NCBI GenBank assembly: GCA_038231275.1
Contig: JBBRLQ010000034.1
Coordinates: forward strand, 11,924 to 75,923
Source of the DNA: Polyangiales bacterium
GTDB lineage: Bacteria; Myxococcota_A; Polyangia; Polyangiales; Polyangiaceae
DNA length: 64,000 bases
Reading direction: 5' to 3'
The notes beneath the pieces were generated by a model that was given only the letters and a program-made list of their open reading frames with translations, ran no database searches and was not told the origin of the DNA. Shown here in pieces: positions 29,567 through 38,185 of the stretch (position 1 is its first letter; every line of letters starts with the position of its first letter). The position numbers and the translations under genes are program-made.

Positions 29567-30406
29567 TCACCCCGCCACCTCCGTGACGTAGCGTGCGAGC
29601 ATCGTCTTCGCGCCCTCCGCGAACGCGATGGTCAGCTTCGCGTCGGGACCTTCACCCGCCTGTGACACGATCACGCCTTCCCCGAATTTGGGATGAACGA
29701 CTCTCTTCGCGGGCGCCGCGGGCTCGGGCTTCGGCGGCGGCCTGAACACGGGCTTCGGCATGCGCGATGGAGTCGAGCTCTTGGCGGTCGGCGCGGGGGC
29801 GGCGGCCGGAGCTGCGGATGGCGCGGTGGCTGCTGCGATGGCGGCTGCGGTGGCTGGGGCGGCGGCGGGAGCTGCGGCAGGCGCGCCGACTGGGGCGGCG
29901 GCCGGAGCCACGGCGGTCCTGCGCTTCGGCTCGCTTTTCGCGGCGGGTGAGACCGGCACAGCGAGCCCGGCGGCCTCTCGCAGCGCTCGCGCTTTCTTCG
30001 GCCGAACCTCGTCGACGACCTCTCGCAGCGCGGGTACGTCGATTCGACGGAGCTCGTGCTGAACGATCTCCCTTCCCACGAGGTTCATCAGCGTGGGGCG
30101 CGCGGCCGCGTCGTCCACCGCCCAGGAGCGCGCCAGCGCCCATAGATCTTCGGCCGTCGAAGGGGGAACGTAGGCGAGCGCGAACGCGACGATCTCCGCC
30201 GCCTCGGGGAAAAAATTCCACTGCCCGAAGCCCGCCCCAAGGTTCTCGGCGACGAGCTTCGGCAGCTTCGATTGCGCGGCCAGCGTTTGGCCCGCGATCT
30301 GCGCCTCCCCGTACACCGAGCCCTTGTGCGCGTTTGCGACCATCGCCACGAGCTCGTCGCGCGTCATCGCCGAGCCTTCGGCGGGTTCCGACTCCGTGTT
30401 CGCCAT
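29567..30406 (-). CDS. Hypothetical protein with a C-terminal PcrA/UvrD-type Tudor-like domain
   Basis: Helical N-terminal domain, Ala/Pro linker, then RVVHPKFGEGVIV...GEGPDAKLTIAF..G.KT. Confidence 0.7.
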   Translation of the reverse strand: MANTESEPAEGSAMTRDELVAMVANAHKGSVYGEAQIAGQTLAAQSKLPKLVAENLGAGFGQWNFFPEAAEIVAFALAYVPPSTAEDLWALARSWAVDDAAARPTLMNLVGREIVQHELRRIDVPALREVVDEVRPKKARALREAAGLAVPVSPAAKSEPKRRTAVAPAAAPVGAPAAAPAAAPATAAAIAAATAPSAAPAAAPAPTAKSSTPSRMPKPVFRPPPKPEPAAPAKRVVHPKFGEGVIVSQAGEGPDAKLTIAFAEGAKTMLARYVTEVAG

Positions 30407-30494
30407 CGTGTCCAGAGTTCGCTGCGTGCGCAGCGGCGTCAAGAGACACTCCGCCGCGTCGACACCATCGGCGCGACGACATAAGAGAAGCGCC

Positions 30495-31135
30495 ATGGGA
30501 AAATCGGCGCGGTACGACGCGATCATCCTCGGCGCCGGACAGGCAGGGCCCCCTCTCGCCGAGCGCCTCACCGCGAAAGGCCTGACCGTGGCCCTCGTCG
30601 AGCGGAAACGGTTCGGCGGCACCTGCGTCAACACAGGATGCATGCCGACCAAGACGCTCGTCGCGAGCGCCTACGCCGCGCACCTCGCCCGACGCGCCGC
30701 GGAACCCATACCGCCTACAACGACTTCGAGATCGTCGCCGCCAATCTCCTCGACGGCGAATCGCGCCGCGTGAGCGACCGGCTTCTTGGATATGCACTCT
30801 ACATCGATCCGCCCCTCGGCCGCGTCGGCCTCACCGAGCGCGACGCCCTCGCGGCCGGTCACACGATCCGCGTCGGAAAGCGTCCGATGACGCGCGTGGG
30901 TCGCGCGATCGAGAAGGGCGAGACGCAGGGCTTCATGAAGGTGGTCGTGGACGCGGAGAGCCAGCGCATCCTCGGCGCCGCGATCCTCGGCGTCGGCGGA
31001 GACGAGGCCATCCACGGAATCCTCGACGTCATGAACGCGAAGCTGCCGTACACGACGCTGCAGCGCGCGGTGCCGATTCATCCGACGGTCTCGGAGCTGA
31101 TCCCCACGCTGCTGGGAGAGTTGGCCGCCCCCTGA
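30495..31135 (+). pseudogene. Internally deleted and frameshifted pyridine nucleotide-disulfide oxidoreductase (MerA/RclA-like)
   Basis: The N-terminus (GAGQAG, GGTCVNTGCMPTK) joins at ~30704, out of frame, to the C-terminal part (THTAYND...IHPTVSE). The central NAD(P)H-binding region is absent. Confidence 0.88.
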
Positions 31136-31176
31136 GGTTTGCCCTTCGATCCGAGGTGAAGGCGCCGAGTCCGCGC

Positions 31177-31204
31177 TTGACAGAGCACGGCGAGCTTCTA
31201 GGCT
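31177..31204 (+). promoter_or_regulatory. Sigma-70-type promoter
   Basis: TTGACA-N16-TAGGCT. Confidence 0.6.
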
Positions 31205-31209
31205 AGACA

Positions 31210-31355
31210 AACCGCCGACCGTTTCGGTGGACGCTTCGTCCGGCCTCACCCACACAGGGGCCACACTCGAAGCCAAGCGGGGCGCAGTCTCGCCAGACGG
31301 TATCGGATTCTCGGTTCTCGGCGCGTGTGTGGGACGACGCCAGATCCAGGAGAAG
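31210..31355 (+). ncRNA. Candidate structured 5' leader RNA
   Basis: Hairpin CCGCCGA/TCGGTGG, long-range pair CCCACACA/TGTGTGGG, hairpin GTCT/AGAC, then AGGAG SD. Confidence 0.4.
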
Positions 31356-31359
31356 CCCG

Positions 31360-32121
31360 ATGACGAACAAGCGCAAGGCGCGCATCCGCGAGCTGGCGAA
31401 CGATCTCGGTATCAACCGGCGCGCCGCAGCGAGTCGCCTCGACGCAGGCCGATCGCGCACACCAACGCCGGCAGTGCAGGCCCTGACGACCGTCGCGATC
31501 GGGGCGTATTCGGGCCCTCGGGGCGATGCCGCGCCGCGCGTGACGCTCCAAGATCTCTGGGCGTGCGCGTCGGCGGGCGTCTTGACGTGCGACGGCGACT
31601 CTTGTGGCTGGGCGTTGGTGGAGCCGCCTCCCCGCGGCGCCCCCGCCGAGCTCGTCGAGCGGTGCCGCAGCGCGCCGTACCTCGAGGCGATGGACAAGAA
31701 CAACTGGGCGACCGAGGCGCGGTATGCGCTCAGGCAGATCGGACGCGACGTCGCGACCGCGTACGCCGAGAGCGTCCGCAAGGGCACGCCGACTCTGTGC
31801 TCGAGCGCGGCACCGACGCCCCCGACGGTTCCGGCCCCCGGCGAGCGCCTCCAAGCCGTCGAGCAGTTCCGATCCGATCCGGGCTGGCGCAGCATCCTCT
31901 TCACGATGGACCACCCCATCTTCTTCCAGTACCGCATCGATGCGGGCGACCGAGCGTTCACTGCGTCGGCCAGGGGCAGTCGGCGCGAGAAGGACGGCGG
32001 CACCACGGACCTCACGCTGATCCTCCGCGGGCGTCTCGACGACACGGGCGAGCTCTGGACCTCGGCGATCGAAGAGACGTGGACCGCGCGGCCTGTCGCC
32101 TCGCGCGGAGCGTGGTCGTGA
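31360..32121 (+). CDS. Hypothetical protein with a basic HTH-like N-terminus
   Basis: AGGAG SD; MTNKRKARIRELANDLGINRRAAASRL; stop overlaps the next start (TGATG). Confidence 0.65.
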   Translation: MTNKRKARIRELANDLGINRRAAASRLDAGRSRTPTPAVQALTTVAIGAYSGPRGDAAPRVTLQDLWACASAGVLTCDGDSCGWALVEPPPRGAPAELVERCRSAPYLEAMDKNNWATEARYALRQIGRDVATAYAESVRKGTPTLCSSAAPTPPTVPAPGERLQAVEQFRSDPGWRSILFTMDHPIFFQYRIDAGDRAFTASARGSRREKDGGTTDLTLILRGRLDDTGELWTSAIEETWTARPVASRGAWS

Positions 32122-33773
32122 TGCGGCCGCACCATCTGCTCGCGCTCGCCGCGCTCACGATGTCATGCGCCGCCAGCCCGGCGCCATTGGCGACGCGACC
32201 GCAGCGCTTCGTCGACCCACCGATCCCCGAGCTCGAGTTCACGGACTCCGCCCGCCGCGCCAAGATCGAGGCGACCTTCCCCGAGCTCGACGCCTACTTC
32301 GCGCGCGAGCAGACCAAGGCGAAGGTTCCGGGCTTGGCGGTCGGCGTCGTCGTCGACGGCGACCTCGCGTGGTCGAGAGGCTACGGCTTGCGCGACGTGG
32401 AGGCGCGCGCGCCCATCGACGCCGACAGCGTTCTCCGCATCGGCTCCATGGGCAAGACGCTCGCCGCCACCGCGATCATGCAGCTTCGCGACGCCGGCAA
32501 GCTCGCGCTCGGGGATCCCGCGGAGCGCTACCTCCCGGAGCTGTCCGACGCCGTGTACATGCGCCGCGACGCCCCGCGCATGACGATCTGGAATCTCCTC
32601 ACCCACTCGTCGGGGCTCCCCGAGTGGGGGCCGTACAGCTTCACTGACGAGGGGCACGAGATCACCGAGGCCGAGGTGCGGCGTACCTACCCGAACCAGG
32701 CGCTCGTACTGACCACCGGCGCCGGCAACAACTACTCGAACGCGGGGATCATCGCCGCGGGGCTCATCGCCGCCAGCGTCTCGGGGATGCCGTATCGGAA
32801 GTACGTGACGGAACGGATCTTCCGTCCGCTGGGGATGACGGCGTCGGTGTGGAACGAGGAGGACGTCCCGCGCGAGCACTTCGCGAAGGGGTATGCCGGA
32901 CCCGAGGGCGCGCGCACGAGCCCGAAGAACTGGCGCATCGGCGCGGCGGTCCCGGCCGGTGGCGCCTACTCGTCGGTGCGCGATCTCGCGCGGTTCGTGG
33001 CGATGCAGCTGTCCGCATGGGAAAGGCGCGATCGACCGGATGACGGCCCGGTTCGTCGCGCGTCGCTGCGCGAGATGCACCTTCCGAGCTTCACCGGCCC
33101 GGGCCGCGTTCGGACACCGGATCCGGATTCGCCGTGGCTCGCAGAGCTGCGCGTGCATTCGCAGGGCCTGGGGTGGGAGATTTTCAGCAACTGCGACTTC
33201 GAAAAGGTCGTCATGAAGGGCGGCGGCGAAGAGGACGGCTACGCCGGCTTCATGGTGTTCGTGCCCGGAACGCAAGTGGGGCTCGTGGCGCTATGGAACG
33301 TGGGCGACCTCGGCCTGTTCGACACGCTCGAGCCGGCCCTCCGCATCCTCGGGCACAAAGGCGGGCTCGAGGGGCGAAAGGTGAAGCCGGCGCCGGCGCT
33401 CCGGGAGGCGAAGGCGCGGCTCGATCGCTTGCTGGCGAAGTGGGACGCGGCCGACGCGGAGCGCCTCTTCGCGCCGCTCGTGTTCGACGCGATTTCGAAC
33501 ACGCCGTCGCGGGCGGACTGGGCGAAGATGATTACGAGCCACGGCGCGTGCCACGCGCGCGACGACTTGGAAGTAGGCAACGGCTTCGCGAATGGGCACT
33601 GGACGGCGGACTGCGAGCGCGGGCGAATCGAGCTCGAGGTCGACGTCGCGCAGTGGTCGCCGCTCGTCGTGCGGGAGTATCGATTCAACGAGCTTCGCGA
33701 AACGCCGAGCGACTCTGGCCCGCGGGAGCGGTGTCCACGAAGACCGGCGACGGCGAACGACGAGCGAAGATGA
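32121..33773 (+). CDS. Serine hydrolase, beta-lactamase class C/AmpH-like family, lipoprotein
   Basis: Lipobox TMSC; IGSMGK (SxxK), LLTHSSGL and YSN. Confidence 0.9.
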   Translation: MRPHHLLALAALTMSCAASPAPLATRPQRFVDPPIPELEFTDSARRAKIEATFPELDAYFAREQTKAKVPGLAVGVVVDGDLAWSRGYGLRDVEARAPIDADSVLRIGSMGKTLAATAIMQLRDAGKLALGDPAERYLPELSDAVYMRRDAPRMTIWNLLTHSSGLPEWGPYSFTDEGHEITEAEVRRTYPNQALVLTTGAGNNYSNAGIIAAGLIAASVSGMPYRKYVTERIFRPLGMTASVWNEEDVPREHFAKGYAGPEGARTSPKNWRIGAAVPAGGAYSSVRDLARFVAMQLSAWERRDRPDDGPVRRASLREMHLPSFTGPGRVRTPDPDSPWLAELRVHSQGLGWEIFSNCDFEKVVMKGGGEEDGYAGFMVFVPGTQVGLVALWNVGDLGLFDTLEPALRILGHKGGLEGRKVKPAPALREAKARLDRLLAKWDAADAERLFAPLVFDAISNTPSRADWAKMITSHGACHARDDLEVGNGFANGHWTADCERGRIELEVDVAQWSPLVVREYRFNELRETPSDSGPRERCPRRPATANDERR

Positions 33774-33871
33774 ACCCGACGTGCGGATGACACCGGCTCA
33801 GGGCAGCGAGACCTTCTCGCCCTCGAGCGACTGGCCGGCCTCTTCCCAGTCGGGGATGCGTCGCCGTGCGC

Positions 33872-35236
33872 TCAACGTAACGCGCTGCCGGCGCGCTCGA
33901 GATCGACGCGCAGCCGCGTGCGGCCGACGAGTAGCTCGTCGTCGTGGACGAGGGCTTGGCGGCCCTTGATGCGAACGAAGACGCCGCTCCGTGCGCCGAG
34001 ATCCGTGAGCACGTACGACTCCGCCTGCTCCTCGATGACGCAATGGTACTTGGCGACGACGGGGTCACCGCGCAGCACCAGATCGTTCGCGAACTCGATG
34101 CCCGCGCCGATCTGGAGCAAGCTCCCGCGCGCGAGCGCGCATCCTCCGACGCCGCCGCCCTCGAAAATCTGCAAGACGCGAAACGCCGACGGGCCGCGCG
34201 GCGACGCCAAGTAGTAGGTCGGCCCCGCGCCGGGTCCATCGTCGACGTCGCTGTTGGCCTCGATGCGCAAGAGCTGATCGCCGCATACGAACTCGTCGCC
34301 GATTGCGATCGCCACGCGCGTCCGGATCCGGATGAAGACGCCGTTGCCGCCCTCGAGATCATCGAGAAAGAGCTTCCCGCCCTCCCACGTGAGCGCCGCC
34401 TCTTGCGGGTGGCAGAAGCGCTCTCCTGCGAGCGACACCGCGCCCATCGAGCCGATGACGATCGACTCGCCCGGGGGATCGTAGCGCTCGGGGCCTCCCG
34501 AGAGACTTCGCAGGACGTGCAGCGTCACGTGGACCTTCGTGGCTGCCGCGGGGGTCTTCGCGGGAGGAGGCGCAGCGGCAGGCGCGGGCTTCGCGCCGCC
34601 GACCTGACCGACGTCGACGACCGGCGCGCGCTCCAGCACCTCCATGCCGCCCGCGCGCTTGCCTTCGAGGATGGGATCGAACTGCCCGTCGCGGAGCATC
34701 CCGACCATCTCCATGTGCTGGCCCTTCATCAAGGCCTTCACGTGCATTACGACGTCGGGCGAGCTCACGGCATCGGTGTAGCTGCGCTTGTGGCTCTTGA
34801 TGACGCGCCCGCCGTCGGCGAACACGTGCGTGATGACGTGCGGGTTTCCCAAGCCCGAGTCCTCGGTCTGCACGTGGTACTGCTTGCCCTTGTAGCGGAC
34901 GTTGTTGTTGAACCCGACCTGCGCGCGCTGAAAGACGGGCCGCCCTTGCTTCTCGAGCTTCGCGAGCTCCGTCGCGGTGAAGCGGCCGATGGCCCGCTCG
35001 AGCTCGCCATGATCGCCGGTGAGGCCCTCCATCCGCTCGAACGCTGCCTTGGCGACGGCGCTCTTCGCGTCGATGCGAAGCGCCTCTGCAAGCAGCGCTT
35101 GGCCGTCCGCGTCGTTGGGCCCCGACGCCGCCCACGCGGCGAGGATGAGCACGGCGTCGCCGTCGTTCCCCTTCTCGCGCAGCACCTTGGCGACGCGTTT
35201 GGCGAGCGCGCGTGGATCGGAGGCGGCAGACGTCAT
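33872..35236 (-). CDS. Protein with a myxobacterial 'HVQTEDSG' domain and two FHA-like domains
   Basis: GFNNNVRYKGKQYHVQTEDSG; DLEGGNGVFIRI and TDLGARSGVFVRI. Start approximate. Confidence 0.75.
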   Translation of the reverse strand: MTSAASDPRALAKRVAKVLREKGNDGDAVLILAAWAASGPNDADGQALLAEALRIDAKSAVAKAAFERMEGLTGDHGELERAIGRFTATELAKLEKQGRPVFQRAQVGFNNNVRYKGKQYHVQTEDSGLGNPHVITHVFADGGRVIKSHKRSYTDAVSSPDVVMHVKALMKGQHMEMVGMLRDGQFDPILEGKRAGGMEVLERAPVVDVGQVGGAKPAPAAAPPPAKTPAAATKVHVTLHVLRSLSGGPERYDPPGESIVIGSMGAVSLAGERFCHPQEAALTWEGGKLFLDDLEGGNGVFIRIRTRVAIAIGDEFVCGDQLLRIEANSDVDDGPGAGPTYYLASPRGPSAFRVLQIFEGGGVGGCALARGSLLQIGAGIEFANDLVLRGDPVVAKYHCVIEEQAESYVLTDLGARSGVFVRIKGRQALVHDDELLVGRTRLRVDLERAGSALR

Positions 35237-35380
35237 ACCTCCGATCATCGATGCGCCCGCGTCAGGAGGCAATCGGCAACTGCGACGAGGCCTCCCGGAT
35301 CACCACCTCCCGCTCGACGCGGTGAAGATGTCGACGACGCCGGAGCGCGTTCTCCGCCTCGTGCTCCGGCAACGGTCCCG

Positions 35381-35947
35381 TCAGGGGCAAGCGATCCAGA
35401 GCTTGCTTCCGACGACCGGATTCCCGGTCGGCGTGAATTCGATTTGCTGCGGGTAGTTCGCGCCCGCGCCGCCTTCGACGTAGCACCAGCCGGCGCGGTC
35501 ATCGCCCACGCACGCCCCGTCGCCCACCTCGGGGATCTGCGCCACCTCGCAGATCGGCACGCCATCGATCGCGGGCCCCTCGGTGCGTCGGATCGCATCG
35601 ACGAACGGCGCCGCCGCCGGAGAGAGGCCGAGGTACTCGGCGCACGTCGTGGAGTCGCCGCGCTCCGGGAGGGCTGCGATCACCGAGCAAGAGGTGATGC
35701 CGTCTGCGCCGCGCGGGAGCTGTTGCGGAAGGCAGCCGCGATTCTGCACGAGGACGGAGACGAAGCGAACCTGCGCCGGGTCACCGCTCGAGGAGCCGCC
35801 GCTGGAGCTCGTCGATCCTTGGCCGCCGCTGCTGCCGCTCGCGCCGCTCGACCCTGTCCCTTCGGCGAGCGCCTTGCCGCCGCACCCGGCCAACCCTAGC
35901 GCTCCGAGCACGCCCGCGACCGCAAACCACCGGCGCACTCCTTCCAT
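35381..35947 (-). CDS. Cys-rich lipoprotein
   Basis: LAGC lipobox, Ser/Gly linker, CLP..L...C.V and GWCYV motifs. Confidence 0.7.
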   Translation of the reverse strand: MEGVRRWFAVAGVLGALGLAGCGGKALAEGTGSSGASGSSGGQGSTSSSGGSSSGDPAQVRFVSVLVQNRGCLPQQLPRGADGITSCSVIAALPERGDSTTCAEYLGLSPAAAPFVDAIRRTEGPAIDGVPICEVAQIPEVGDGACVGDDRAGWCYVEGGAGANYPQQIEFTPTGNPVVGSKLWIACP

Positions 35948-36002
35948 GCAGCACCTCCGCCGACTGGATGGCCGAAGCGCCTTGCTTCCGTCGCGGCCGA
36001 CG

Positions 36003-37073
36003 TTACTTCGGGGCCGCTGCCTCGGGTAACCAGGGGGATGGCCGCGGCATCGCGTCGATCCACGCGCGCAGCGTCGCGAGGCCCGCGTCGTCCGTCACGC
36101 GCGAGCCCACCGGGGGCATCTGCGCGCCCGGGTCTCCGCGCGTCGATGCCAGCCGAACGAGGAGACTCGCATCGGCGCGGCCTGGCGCGATGCGCGTCTC
36201 GCCCGCGTAGGCCGGCATCTTCGCGCCGACTCCGACGGTCGTGCGGACCACGTCGCGCGACGATACGTTCCACGCGCCGTCGACGACGAGCGCGAGGCGC
36301 AGGCCGGTCGCGTTCCCGGTCGCGTCGTCGTTCGCGTTGTGGCACGAGGCGCCGCAGTTGATGTGCAGCCACGCGAGCGCCGGCGCGCTCTTCTCGTCCG
36401 CGTCGCTCATGGGGAGCGTCCCCGACGGCGGCGGCGACGTGAGCCGGCCCTCCGCCGCGAGCGTCGACAAGGTGACGCCAGTCGCGCCGGCGCCGCCGAG
36501 CCCGAGCGCGTCGAAACCGAGGAGCCGCTCCCTGCGCCCTTCGTGGCACTTGTCGCACGCGTGCGTGTCCGGGACGTCGAAGCCGGTCCCGCGTGCGTCG
36601 GGCACGCCGTTGTCCACGCGCGTGGCGTGCGTCTCGTCGTCCGACCACACGTACGTGGCGCGCACCCACTTCGTGTCCGACACCTTCCAGAAGAAACGCG
36701 TCTCGATCCGCTTGCCCTTCGCCGTGAAGTCTTTCCACGCCTTGGTCCCCACCGGCATCACCCACGCGCCGGGGTCCGACGTGTCGATCGGGGCTGCCGG
36801 CAGCCGGATCCAGCGCTTCTTTTCGGCGCCGTCGCTGAAGAGCGGCGTCGAGGGCGCGTACTCGCGCACGCCGATCCCGAGCGTCATGCGTGCGGCGTCC
36901 GCGTAGAGGCCGGTGCACGCGAGATCGAGCGGCGCTCCGTCGGTGGCGCCGTCGCAGCCCTCCACGGCGGCCGCGCTCTGTCCGGGCGCGTCTTCGTGCG
37001 CCCCGCACCCGAGCACGCAGCACGAACCGGCCGCGACGATCGCGACGACCGCCAGCAGCGTCGCGCCCTTCAC
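36003..37073 (-). CDS. Putative diheme c-type cytochrome lipoprotein (SO2930-like)
   Basis: LFSDGAEKKRWI.LP, PVGT..WKDF, IETR; CDKCH and CGASCH; QMPP. Confidence 0.75.
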   Translation of the reverse strand: MKGATLLAVVAIVAAGSCCVLGCGAHEDAPGQSAAAVEGCDGATDGAPLDLACTGLYADAARMTLGIGVREYAPSTPLFSDGAEKKRWIRLPAAPIDTSDPGAWVMPVGTKAWKDFTAKGKRIETRFFWKVSDTKWVRATYVWSDDETHATRVDNGVPDARGTGFDVPDTHACDKCHEGRRERLLGFDALGLGGAGATGVTLSTLAAEGRLTSPPPSGTLPMSDADEKSAPALAWLHINCGASCHNANDDATGNATGLRLALVVDGAWNVSSRDVVRTTVGVGAKMPAYAGETRIAPGRADASLLVRLASTRGDPGAQMPPVGSRVTDDAGLATLRAWIDAMPRPSPWLPEAAAPK

Positions 37074-37843
37074 GGCCCCGCGTCTCCTCGATCCTGGTGC
37101 GGCGCGCCCCCGTCGTCGTGGTGCCCGTGCCCGCCGAAGTCGATCGGCCCCTGCGACTGCGGCTCGAGCGAGCGGAGGTAGGTGACGAGGCCGTGCTTCT
37201 CGTCCTCCGTCATCGACCACTTGTGAAGCTGGTGCCACCTGGCAAAGGGCATGATGCGCTGGGGAACTCCGGCGGGCTTGGTGCCCGTCGTCATGATGTT
37301 CACGATGTCGTCGTCGGAGTAGCCACCGGTTTGCATCGGCGTGTGCTCGACGTCCATCCCGCCGGCGGCGTGGCAGTTGGTGCACTGGAGGGACGGGTCG
37401 GGGTGATGAAAGCCGCCCGGCAGGATCGTCACGCCGTTCGTGTAGCGGGCCTTGCCGTTGTCGTACTCGGCAGCATCGGCCTTGCGCACGTTGATCTGCG
37501 CCGTCCCCTTGAGCGATCCCGCCTTGGCGGTGAGCGTCACCACGCCTACGCCCTTCGTCGTCATCATCACCTGGCTGCCGTCGGCGCTCGGCTCGAGGTC
37601 GACGAGGCTCGGGTCGGACACGCTCCACTTGATGCCGCTGACGCCGGTGACCATCGCCGGCAGCTTGAAGTCGTGCTTCCCGTCGAAGGCCGAGTAGCCG
37701 GACGGAAAGTAAATCTGGAGCGCGGCAGAGGTCTCTCCGCTGGAGAGGGTGTTGCTCGGCGCGGGGCTGCTGCAGCCGCCGACCGAGATCGTCGCGCACG
37801 TCGACGCCACCACCAAAGAGAGAACGCGGATCACGCTTGCCAT
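37070..37843 (-). CDS. Lipoprotein with an Ig-like domain and a monoheme cytochrome c motif
   Basis: VGGC lipobox, WSVSDPS Ig-like segment, CTNCH and LVTYLRSL. Start approximate. Confidence 0.7.
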   Translation of the reverse strand: MASVIRVLSLVVASTCATISVGGCSSPAPSNTLSSGETSAALQIYFPSGYSAFDGKHDFKLPAMVTGVSGIKWSVSDPSLVDLEPSADGSQVMMTTKGVGVVTLTAKAGSLKGTAQINVRKADAAEYDNGKARYTNGVTILPGGFHHPDPSLQCTNCHAAGGMDVEHTPMQTGGYSDDDIVNIMTTGTKPAGVPQRIMPFARWHQLHKWSMTEDEKHGLVTYLRSLEPQSQGPIDFGGHGHHDDGGAPHQDRGDAGP

Positions 37844-37904
37844 CACGGGCCTCCTCATCGTCACGAGCACGCGACACACCACGCGACGCGTGCACCATGA
37901 CGAG

Positions 37905-37920
37905 AGCAACGCTCGTGCCT
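37905..37920 (-). promoter_or_regulatory. Sigma-54 promoter for the cytochrome pair
   Basis: Minus strand reads AGGCACGAGCGTTGCT (near consensus). Confidence 0.7.
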
Positions 37921-38185
37921 TGCGCCACGGAGCCGCGCGTCTCGCGTGCTGCGAGAGTTCTCCGTTCGGGGTGCGCGCGCCCGAGGCTTGACGCCGCTCG
38001 GCGTCGCCGCTCGGCTCCAAACCGCCACGTCGCGCGGCGGCCCCATGGATCCGCGCGGTGGATCGAGGACAGCGCGCGCGCGCCGCGCCGAACGCAGCCG
38101 CGGCGGCGTTCTCCAGCGGCAGTGTCCGGATCTGCGCGCGCGGCTACATCTTTCCATGGCCGACAAGTTGCAAAGTGCACGGGTC

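Noticed and set aside
30495..31135. Programmed frameshift or true merA
   Set aside because: A whole domain is missing, there is no slippery sequence, and there is no C-terminal CC pair or mer operon.
31227..33773. 848-aa version of the serine hydrolase
   Set aside because: The signal peptide begins at 32121. The upstream region is better explained by the 31360..32121 ORF with its SD.
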